Assembly: GCA_031261125.1 (NCBI GenBank)
Contig: JAISJZ010000094.1
Location: 1 to 30,191 of the forward strand
DNA length: 30,191 nt
Direction of reading: 5' to 3'
Source: Planctomycetaceae bacterium
GTDB taxonomy: Bacteria > Planctomycetota > Planctomycetia > Pirellulales > Thermoguttaceae
Under the pieces are notes generated by a model that worked only from the letters and a program-made list of their open reading frames with translations, did no database searches and was not told the DNA's origin. This document shows positions 8,526-16,391 of the stretch, in pieces (the stretch's first letter is position 1; every line of letters begins with the position of its first letter). The position numbers were made by a program, and so were the translations under genes.

Positions 8526-10475
8526 ATGTCAAACGAACAAATCGAAAAGCCGCAAAAACGCGGATGCCGGCGGTATTTCCGTTTCGGCTGCATTACACTG
8601 CTTATTCTCGCCGTACCGTTTTACTGGTTCTGCCTGCATACAACGCCGCTGAAAATCAGTAAGGAAACAACGTACATCACCGAACCGCTCACGCCGGACG
8701 GCAAACACGTTGATTACTACAAAGCACTGAAACAGAGAATGAATTCGCCGGAAATGAAAACCGATAACAACGGTTATCGGCTCGTTGTACAGCAATTCGG
8801 TTTTCAGGAAAAAGACATTCCGCTCGGAGCACTTTATGAAGAACTCGGTTTGAAATACGATGCAGCACAAGTACCGCCGCATAAAGTCATTTCGCCTTTT
8901 CAGTTTCTTACCCAATTTAGGGCAGCAAATAAGGACAATAAGTCCGCGGAGCAGTATAGTGCTTTTATTGAGGAACACGGTTATTGGACAGAAAAAGACA
9001 TTCCGCAACTTGCCGATTGGGAGAAAAACAACAACGCCGGATGCGATGTCCTCGTTCAGGCGTTAAATAAACCGGTGTTCTGCATACCGAATAGAGGCGT
9101 TAATATCTTTCTGCCCGGTATTCAGCATCTTCGGGAATTTTCCCGGTGTCTGCACGGGCGGGCGTTGCTGCGTATCGGCGATGGAAACATTGACGGGGCA
9201 ATAGACGACATCATCGCGGTTCATAAACTTGCCCGTTTTACGGGACAGCAAGGAACGCTGATGACCGGTCTTCTCGGTCTTGCGATTGAAGGTACTGCTC
9301 AAAGCATCGGCATCAACGCAAACCCGGACAAACCGGCAACGAAGGAACAACTGCTGCGTCTGCTCAAAGAACGGAACGCACTGCCGCCGATGTTCACTTA
9401 CAAAGAAATACTTGAAACGGAACGGCTGTTCTGTATGATGAATATTCAAAGAATGTTTTCCGGCAAAGGAGCGAATGATTTAGCGGGCAGAAGTATTGCT
9501 TGGTCGTTAAGGAACACGATGGACGAAAATATCGTGATGCGGCAGTTCACGGACTTTTGGAATACGATGGTACAAGCCAAACAGGATGAAGTGATTGTGA
9601 AGCATCTGCGTGAACATCAATACGACACATTTTTGCCGAGTAATCTCTTTGTCCGGCAGCGGAGTCAAGCAATGAGCAACGTGTTAATTGCTCTATTAAC
9701 TCCGGCGTTAGGATCAGCCCGCGAATCATTTAACCGTTTGGAATGTCAGAATAACCTTCTGCGGATTGGTACGGTTTTATTGCTTTACGAAAAGGAACAC
9801 GGTACATTACCGGACGAAACAACAATGCTGGCGACGGGTTTAATCCCGTTTCCGAAATGTCCGTCCGATACCGGCGGTTATTACGAAATCGTTACAGACA
9901 AGAACGCCAAGGAATTGCTGGTCGAAAAATACAACGGTGAAAAAACACCGCACAAGGAGCAATATAATGTGTTTCTCCGCAGCGGAGCAGAAAAAAAACG
10001 GCACCGCCGGAGAAAAAAAATGAACGATACCATTTTTGAAGTTGACGACATTGCCGGTACGGAACAAGTCGGACGTTTTTTGGCGGAACATCTTCCCGAC
10101 GGCAGCGTTGTTGCCCTTGTCGGAACGCTCGGTGCCGGTAAAACCCGGCTCGTGCAGGCGGCTGCCGAAGCGTTGGGTGTGGAACGCGGCACGGTTTCCA
10201 GTCCGACATTTGTCCTGCTTCACGAATACACGGACGGCGTTAAGCCGGTTTATCATTTTGACGCTTACCGCTTGACAAGCGAGACACAGTTCCGGCAACT
10301 TGGTCCCGACGATTATTTTGAGGGCGGCGGTTTGACATTTATCGAATGGGCGGACAAGTTTCCGGCAGTGCTGCCGAAGGAGTATTGGGAGATACGGATT
10401 GACATTCTGGAAAACACAAAACGGCGTTTCACTGTTTCGCACGGGAGTGTTGTATCAAACATAAAAACGGAGTAG
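8526..10475 (+). CDS. Membrane-anchored hypothetical protein with C-terminal DUF1559/pseudopilin-like motif, read in-frame into TsaE
   Basis: Basic N-terminus plus TM helix; helical body; LLTPALGSARESFNRLECQNNLLRIG..LLLYEKEHGTLP near aa 390-430; TsaE from aa 499. Confidence 0.6.
   Translation: MSNEQIEKPQKRGCRRYFRFGCITLLILAVPFYWFCLHTTPLKISKETTYITEPLTPDGKHVDYYKALKQRMNSPEMKTDNNGYRLVVQQFGFQEKDIPLGALYEELGLKYDAAQVPPHKVISPFQFLTQFRAANKDNKSAEQYSAFIEEHGYWTEKDIPQLADWEKNNNAGCDVLVQALNKPVFCIPNRGVNIFLPGIQHLREFSRCLHGRALLRIGDGNIDGAIDDIIAVHKLARFTGQQGTLMTGLLGLAIEGTAQSIGINANPDKPATKEQLLRLLKERNALPPMFTYKEILETERLFCMMNIQRMFSGKGANDLAGRSIAWSLRNTMDENIVMRQFTDFWNTMVQAKQDEVIVKHLREHQYDTFLPSNLFVRQRSQAMSNVLIALLTPALGSARESFNRLECQNNLLRIGTVLLLYEKEHGTLPDETTMLATGLIPFPKCPSDTGGYYEIVTDKNAKELLVEKYNGEKTPHKEQYNVFLRSGAEKKRHRRRKKMNDTIFEVDDIAGTEQVGRFLAEHLPDGSVVALVGTLGAGKTRLVQAAAEALGVERGTVSSPTFVLLHEYTDGVKPVYHFDAYRLTSETQFRQLGPDDYFEGGGLTFIEWADKFPAVLPKEYWEIRIDILENTKRRFTVSHGSVVSNIKTE
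10020..10475 (+). CDS. tsaE: tRNA threonylcarbamoyladenosine biosynthesis ATPase TsaE (YjeE)
   Basis: VVALVGTLGAGKTRL (P-loop), VSSPTFVLLHEY, VYHFDAYRL, FIEWADK; own ATG at 10020 with GGAG 7 nt upstream. Confidence 0.9.
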   Translation: MNDTIFEVDDIAGTEQVGRFLAEHLPDGSVVALVGTLGAGKTRLVQAAAEALGVERGTVSSPTFVLLHEYTDGVKPVYHFDAYRLTSETQFRQLGPDDYFEGGGLTFIEWADKFPAVLPKEYWEIRIDILENTKRRFTVSHGSVVSNIKTE

Positions 10476-10510
10476 AATGACCCCGTTAGAGCGTTTTATT
10501 TGCTGACATT

Positions 10511-12274
10511 ATGCTTATCGGTCCTGTTTTTACCCGTGAAATTGCTGCCGCCCCGCGGAAGGATATGACGTACTTTCTCCGCAGTATCTACGCCGGTGTT
10601 CTTCTTCTGCTTACCGCGACGGCGTGGCTCGTTATCAGCGGAACACAACTTATCGCCGACACCGGCGACTTTGCCCGATTCGGGGCAATGCTCTTTCAAT
10701 TCCTCGCACCTGTCCAACTTGTCCTTTCTCTGTTCTTTGCTTCTGTACTCGCCGCTAGTGCCGTCGGTCAGGAAAAAGAACGGAAAACAATGCTCCTGCT
10801 GCTGTTGACCCGAATGTCAAACAGCGAACTCGTACTGGGAAAACTGCTGGCAAGTTTGTTGAATATCCTCGTAATGCTTGCCGTCTCACTGCCGGTGTTT
10901 ATGACCATTGCCGTTCTCGGCGGCGTTTCGTATTACCAAATCGTCCGCGTTCTGCTCGTAACGCTGTTTAGTATGCTCGCCTGCGGGTCGCTCGGCAGTT
11001 GCATCGCTCTTTGGCGGGAAAAAACATTTCAGGCGATTGCAACAACAATACTCGTCATCGTTCTTTGGCTTGCCGTTTGGGAATCCCTTGCTTTTAACGG
11101 CGGAATTTATTCCGCCTTGGCAACAGCATTTTCGCCGTGGAGTGCCGTTCTCGCCGCGTCAAGACCGGAAGACACGGTCATAGAAAACGGAGAATGGAAG
11201 ATAGGAAATTATATCAACAGTATCAATGCGTTTCTCGTTGTTTGCAGTTTTCTCGTCGTTGCCATCAACGGCTTTGCGGTGGTAATGGTACGGATTTGGA
11301 ATCCGTCGCGGGAATTGACAACAGACAATGGAAAATTGACAACGGAAGAAAGTGAAAAGTTAAGCCGAAACAGTAAAAAACGGAACCGTCAATTACCGAC
11401 TCTCAATTATCAATTTGTTTGGAGCAACCCCGTTATTTGGCGCGAGATAATGACCCGCGCCTACGGAAAGCGGGTATGGCTCATTCAGTTCGGCTTTTTG
11501 GCGTTCTTTGCGATGTGCGCTTATGCCCTGTACAACACGTTGAATAACAACCTTGCCGTTTCCGTTGCCGAAATGTCCGCTCCGCTCGTGCCGCTGTTCC
11601 TGCTGTCGCTGATGCTGGTCAACACGCAGGCAATTACATCGCAAACATCGGAAAAAGACGGCGGGACATTTGACCTGCTGCTGGTCAGCGATATTACGCC
11701 GAAAGAGTACGTTTTCGGAAAACTCGGCGGCGTGTTCTATAATACAAAATGGATTGTCCTGCTGCCGGTGCTGTTGTGCGGCTATCTGTTTTGGGAACAG
11801 GCGATTAACGGAACGACGCTGTTTTTTCTCCTCATCGGTTTGACAGTAATGTATGTTTTTTCGGCAATGACCGGAATTTATATCGGGATGCAGTACGACA
11901 ATACCCGTGCGGCAACGGCGACGAGTTTGGGGATTCTCTTCTTCTTGTTCGTCGGTATTGCGGCGTGTATGTGGATAATGGTGGCGTTCAGCGGTTCGTT
12001 TGAAACGCAGTTGGTTCCGTTTTCGGCGTTTATGGTCGGAGGCGGTGTCGGTCTGTACATCACGCTGGGAGCGAGAAATCCGTCGTCGGCAATTGCTGCG
12101 GCTTCGTTTTCGCTGCCGCTGGCGGTGTTCTATATCATTACGTCAATGCTGCTTGGCAAGTATTTGCTGGTGTTTGCCGTGCTTGCCGGAGCATTTGGTT
12201 TTACAACAGCGGCGATGCTCATACCGGCGGTTGCTGAATTTGATGTTGCCACCGGAAGGGTGAACGGCGATTAG
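10511..12274 (+). CDS. ABC-2 type transporter permease (two tandem permease repeats)
   Basis: GPVFTREI, AASAVGQEKERKTMLLLLLTRMS..ELVLGKL, then second repeat NPVIWREI, TSEKDGGTFDLLLVSDITPKEYVFGKL; about 12 hydrophobic segments. Confidence 0.8.
   Translation: MLIGPVFTREIAAAPRKDMTYFLRSIYAGVLLLLTATAWLVISGTQLIADTGDFARFGAMLFQFLAPVQLVLSLFFASVLAASAVGQEKERKTMLLLLLTRMSNSELVLGKLLASLLNILVMLAVSLPVFMTIAVLGGVSYYQIVRVLLVTLFSMLACGSLGSCIALWREKTFQAIATTILVIVLWLAVWESLAFNGGIYSALATAFSPWSAVLAASRPEDTVIENGEWKIGNYINSINAFLVVCSFLVVAINGFAVVMVRIWNPSRELTTDNGKLTTEESEKLSRNSKKRNRQLPTLNYQFVWSNPVIWREIMTRAYGKRVWLIQFGFLAFFAMCAYALYNTLNNNLAVSVAEMSAPLVPLFLLSLMLVNTQAITSQTSEKDGGTFDLLLVSDITPKEYVFGKLGGVFYNTKWIVLLPVLLCGYLFWEQAINGTTLFFLLIGLTVMYVFSAMTGIYIGMQYDNTRAATATSLGILFFLFVGIAACMWIMVAFSGSFETQLVPFSAFMVGGGVGLYITLGARNPSSAIAAASFSLPLAVFYIITSMLLGKYLLVFAVLAGAFGFTTAAMLIPAVAEFDVATGRVNGD
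11313..11415. repeat. Inverted pair of heptamer arrays in-frame within the permease
   Basis: Plus strand 11313-11347 AATTGAC-AACAGAC-AATGGAA-AATTGAC-AACGGAA; minus strand 11415-11388 AATTGAT-AATTGAG-AGTCGGT-AATTGAC. Confidence 0.65.
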
Positions 12275-13232
12275 CGAACAGCAGCGACACAAACAACTCT
12301 GCAAGAATGGATACGCCGCGCTGGACGGCGGCAACGAGAATTGCCTGCAATGCCGCGAGTTGCTGCGCATCCTGTACCGGCATACCGGGGTCGTTCCGTA
12401 TCAGCAATTCGGCGAAAAACGCCACAAGAATCTGTGCCGCGGCAAATTCCCGCACTCCTGCGCCGGCAGGAATCATTGCAACGAAACCCAGTACAATCGA
12501 CAGCGTTGCCGCAAGCGTGAACCGGGGCAGCGTTTCGGACAGCGTACCGGGGTCGATGCCGATACCGCGGACGGTTGCCCAAAGTCCTAATCCGAGAAAA
12601 GTCCAAGCGGGCAGCATCAGCAACCAGCCGGTCAATAGTGTTGTCCATTTCAAGCCGGCAAGTTTTTCATCAATGTCAGGGTCGTTTTTACCGACACCTA
12701 ATTTTTTTGCCAGTATGCGGAACACCGGCGGAAACACCGGAAGACCGGACACGAGCATTGCTCCGAGGGCAAGAATCGTCAGGTAATTGCCGTAAGGGAT
12801 GCTGCGGAACCAAACAACGAGAATGACGGCAGCGAGGAATGCGCCGGAAGCCATCATCGTTAATGTTTCGAGAAAGACCGCCGCTGCCGCAACACTCATC
12901 CGGGTTCGTGCCGGGTCCAACATACCGGAACGCATAATGACGACCATTGCTTTGCCCGGTATGTATTTTCCCAGGTGTCCGATGTAATATGCCCTGAATG
13001 TTTCGTACCAGTTCGGTTTTTGACCGAGCGATACCATTGCGTACCGCCAGAAGACCGCGGCGGGAGCATAACCGATGATGTAGAAAATGCCGGAGAGTGT
13101 CAACCAAAGAATGTCCGGTTTCCAATTCAGTTGCGATGCTTTGTCCCACGATTTGTATAATTCCCAGCCGACCCACACCGCAACGGCAAGGACGATAAGA
13201 ATTTTCGCCAACAAGATAAGACGTTTTTTCAT
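12219..13232 (-). CDS. Lysylphosphatidylglycerol synthase TM / flippase-like (UPF0104) membrane protein
   Basis: FWRYAM, AYYIGHLGKYIPGKA, AAVFLETL, PAGAGVREF, QRGVSILAE motifs; hydrophobic; ATG at 13232 preferred. Confidence 0.8.
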   Translation of the reverse strand: MKKRLILLAKILIVLAVAVWVGWELYKSWDKASQLNWKPDILWLTLSGIFYIIGYAPAAVFWRYAMVSLGQKPNWYETFRAYYIGHLGKYIPGKAMVVIMRSGMLDPARTRMSVAAAAVFLETLTMMASGAFLAAVILVVWFRSIPYGNYLTILALGAMLVSGLPVFPPVFRILAKKLGVGKNDPDIDEKLAGLKWTTLLTGWLLMLPAWTFLGLGLWATVRGIGIDPGTLSETLPRFTLAATLSIVLGFVAMIPAGAGVREFAAAQILVAFFAELLIRNDPGMPVQDAQQLAALQAILVAAVQRGVSILAELFVSLLFANRRSPFRWQHQIQQPPV

Positions 13233-13334
13233 CGAAAAAGTACCGTAATTTTCCACTTGACCTGCCGGACGTTTTTTTCTATTCTAGCGGCGGAAGTATT
13301 ATTTGCAAGTATTCCGCCAAACGTTCATTATAAG

Positions 13335-16300
13335 ATGTCTTTCCGTTTCGCCGCCGTCATAGTTTTTACTGCTGTTTTATCCGGTTTTGCCGCTGCGCAG
13401 CCGTCGCATCTGCATAACTTGATTGAAACATATAAAGCACAAAATCCGGGTGCTGCCCAACGGATGACAGAACATCAAAGCCGTGAAAAAGACGGCGAAC
13501 AAAATCCGCCGATACTGGTTGCGTCCAACCCGCCGCAATCGCCTGTTCTCGGTTCTCCGCCGGAAAAGTTGGCGGCTCCGCCGGGCGGCAATCCGAAAGA
13601 CCCGTTAAATCCCCGATTCGTACCGAATGCCGTTCCAGATAAAGGGCAAGACAACAGCCGAAATCCCTACGCCGAATGGCAGAAGGATGCCTGTCTGAAT
13701 GACATTTTCTTTCTCGACAATAACTGTGGCTGGGCAGCCGGCGACCGCGGTACGGTTTGGAATACACCCGACGGCGGACAAACGTGGACACTGCAAGAAA
13801 CACCGCTTGATTGTCAACTGCACTGCATCCGGTTCAAAGACGTTTCGTTCGGTATTGCTGTCGGCGGTTATTATTATCCGTCAGGAAACACCGGCGGAAT
13901 TTCCGGCGGCACAGCCGCACATCTAAACAGGAGCAGAGGAGTGATTCTGATAACGCAGGACGGCGGACGGAAATGGTCGCTCATCGCAACGCCGTACTTT
14001 CCTGCGCTGAAACAAATCGAAATTATTGATACGATGCAAATCAGAGTGAACGGCGAACCGTCCGACCTCTATCCGAACGGAACATTTACATCCAACGATG
14101 CCGGCAGAACGTGGAAATACGATGCGGAACCGAGAGCGGTGAAACCGGTACCGGAAATGGCAAACGTTCCGCTGCTGCAAACGCTCTGTTCCGAACATAA
14201 CGGGAAAGAAATTTTTGCCGCTGGTTTGCCCGGTACGATGATTTATTCCGCAACGAATTCGGCAAGTACGAAATGGAAAGCAACGCCGACGGGAAACAAC
14301 GCCCCGCTGCATAAAATTGTTTTTCTCAATGAAAAGACCGGCTGGGCAGCCGGAGAACTCGGTACAATTTTGAAAACCGGTGACGGCGGAGCATCGTGGA
14401 ATGTGCAGACCACCGGCGGGAAAAAGTTAGCAGTTCTTGGTCTGTTCGGAACCGCGAACGATGTGCCGCTCGAAGCGTTCGTTTCGCTCTGCGCTCATCA
14501 AGGGTATCTCGGCGGCATATCGCTGCTGTTTCAGGAACGGAACTGCCGGCAAACAGCGGGGCTGGATGTTCACGAAGCGTTTATCCGAACCGGCGCAAGT
14601 GTTGACAGCAATACCGGTACTCTGCTCGAATGCCGGGAAATGTTCACGGCGTTCGACGAACTCGTCAAACAAATTCAAAAGCAGCACGATAACAAAGGAA
14701 TGGAACATCTGCGGGCGCAACTCGTCGGACTGATTCGGACTTGGCAGCCGGAAATAATTTTGACTGCCGATGCGCCGAAAGACGGAATCGTTCGGGAACT
14801 TGCTCTGCGGGAAATTATGGATGCTGTCCGCAAAGCGGAAGACCCGGCAGCGTATCCAAATCAAATGACAGAACTTGGTTTGAAGCCGTGGCAGGTTAAA
14901 AAGGTTCACGTTGCGGTGTCGAACGGAACGCTCGGCGATGTCAATCTGAATACGAAAGAACCGTCCATCCGCCTGGGACTGCCGTTCGATGAAGCGGCGT
15001 ACATTTCCTACGGACTATTGAATGTGCCGCGGAACCGGCAGGCGATGCTCGGTTTTTCAACACCGCATAACGTTGTACCGCCGTCGGCAAGTAAGGATTT
15101 TTTCGCCGGTATCGAAATACAGCCCGGCAGTGATTCCCGGCGTTTGCTTGCCGGTTCTTACGCGGAACAATGGGAGCAAATTCAACTTCGGATTCAGCAG
15201 CGGCAGCAAACGCTCGGCATCATCGCAAGTACGGCAAACACCGCCAAGAAAAACAAGCAAAAGCCGGGCGACATCCGCTTGGCTTCCAGTGCCGAAGAAT
15301 TGACCCGGAAAATCGACAGCGATGCGGCAGTACAAATCCTGTTAGAAATGGGTGAAAGTTATAAACCGTCCGGCGATTGGGCTTCCGTCAGTGAAGCATA
15401 CGAAGTGATTGCGAAACATTACCCGCAGCACCCGTTGGCACGACCGGCGTTTCTTTGGCTGATGCAGCAGTATGCGTGCGGCGAAAAATCAGAAAACAAA
15501 CCGCTCGCCGAAGTGAACGCATCGCTGGATGCGGCGATTGCGATGGAACGGTATCTGGCACAATACTTTCCCGATTTAGCCGCAATGCCGGAAGTAAAAT
15601 TTTCTCTTGCTTCGGCACTGCGGCAGCGCGGTTTTGAACAAGACGCAGGTAATTTGTACCGGGAATTGGCAAACCGTCCGTTTAACGGTATTTGGAAAAA
15701 CAGAGCAAAGGGGGAATGTTTTCTCTCTGCTCCATCACAGAACGGATTGGAAAATCCGCAGCAGGCAATCCGCTGTTCGTTCACGTCCGTCAAACCGTAT
15801 CTGGACGGCAAGTTCGATAAAGAATTTGATAGGAAAACGTGGTTTCACAGCAAGTTATACTCGCTCACACCGGACAAACCGAATCCCAGCGTTGCCGCGG
15901 CGGGTTCGCAAAATTTCGGCACGAAAATAATGACGATGTATGATAGGGATTATTTTTATATCGGTTTGAAATGCAGACGGGTTGCCGGTTTTTCGTATCC
16001 GCCGCTTGCGGAGAAACCGCGGCAGCGGGACGTACCGCTGGACGACCAAGACCGGGTAGAAATTTTATTGGACGTTGACCGGGATTATCAGACGTGTTAT
16101 TCCTTCACGGCGGATTCCCGCGGCTGGGCGGTTGATGCGCTGCGGGGCAGCACAACTTGGAATCCAAGTTGGTATGTTGCCCGATATGAAGATAAGGATT
16201 CGTATTATATTGAGGCGGCAATTCCGTGGGAGTCGTTGACGAATTATCCGCCGCAGTCCGGTACGGTCTGGGCGGTCGGTGTCCGGCGGATTGTACCGGG

Positions 16301-16376
16301 CAAAGGTATCGAATGTTGGAACGCCGAAAACGCCGACGATTTAACGAACGGATTCGGCTTTCTTGTATTTGAATAA
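13335..16376 (+). CDS. Exported YCF48/BNR-repeat protein with LmbE-like middle region, TPR-like helices and C-terminal CBM9/DOMON-like domain
   Basis: Signal-like N-terminus from ATG 13335; GWAAGDRGTVWNTPDGGQTW, TQDGGRKW, SNDAGRTW, GWAAGELGTILKTGDGGASW; LVGLIRTWQPEIILT; DRVEILLDVDRD...YIEAAIPWESL. Confidence 0.7.
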   Translation: MSFRFAAVIVFTAVLSGFAAAQPSHLHNLIETYKAQNPGAAQRMTEHQSREKDGEQNPPILVASNPPQSPVLGSPPEKLAAPPGGNPKDPLNPRFVPNAVPDKGQDNSRNPYAEWQKDACLNDIFFLDNNCGWAAGDRGTVWNTPDGGQTWTLQETPLDCQLHCIRFKDVSFGIAVGGYYYPSGNTGGISGGTAAHLNRSRGVILITQDGGRKWSLIATPYFPALKQIEIIDTMQIRVNGEPSDLYPNGTFTSNDAGRTWKYDAEPRAVKPVPEMANVPLLQTLCSEHNGKEIFAAGLPGTMIYSATNSASTKWKATPTGNNAPLHKIVFLNEKTGWAAGELGTILKTGDGGASWNVQTTGGKKLAVLGLFGTANDVPLEAFVSLCAHQGYLGGISLLFQERNCRQTAGLDVHEAFIRTGASVDSNTGTLLECREMFTAFDELVKQIQKQHDNKGMEHLRAQLVGLIRTWQPEIILTADAPKDGIVRELALREIMDAVRKAEDPAAYPNQMTELGLKPWQVKKVHVAVSNGTLGDVNLNTKEPSIRLGLPFDEAAYISYGLLNVPRNRQAMLGFSTPHNVVPPSASKDFFAGIEIQPGSDSRRLLAGSYAEQWEQIQLRIQQRQQTLGIIASTANTAKKNKQKPGDIRLASSAEELTRKIDSDAAVQILLEMGESYKPSGDWASVSEAYEVIAKHYPQHPLARPAFLWLMQQYACGEKSENKPLAEVNASLDAAIAMERYLAQYFPDLAAMPEVKFSLASALRQRGFEQDAGNLYRELANRPFNGIWKNRAKGECFLSAPSQNGLENPQQAIRCSFTSVKPYLDGKFDKEFDRKTWFHSKLYSLTPDKPNPSVAAAGSQNFGTKIMTMYDRDYFYIGLKCRRVAGFSYPPLAEKPRQRDVPLDDQDRVEILLDVDRDYQTCYSFTADSRGWAVDALRGSTTWNPSWYVARYEDKDSYYIEAAIPWESLTNYPPQSGTVWAVGVRRIVPGKGIECWNAENADDLTNGFGFLVFE

Positions 16377-16391
16377 AGAGGGGTGCAGTTA

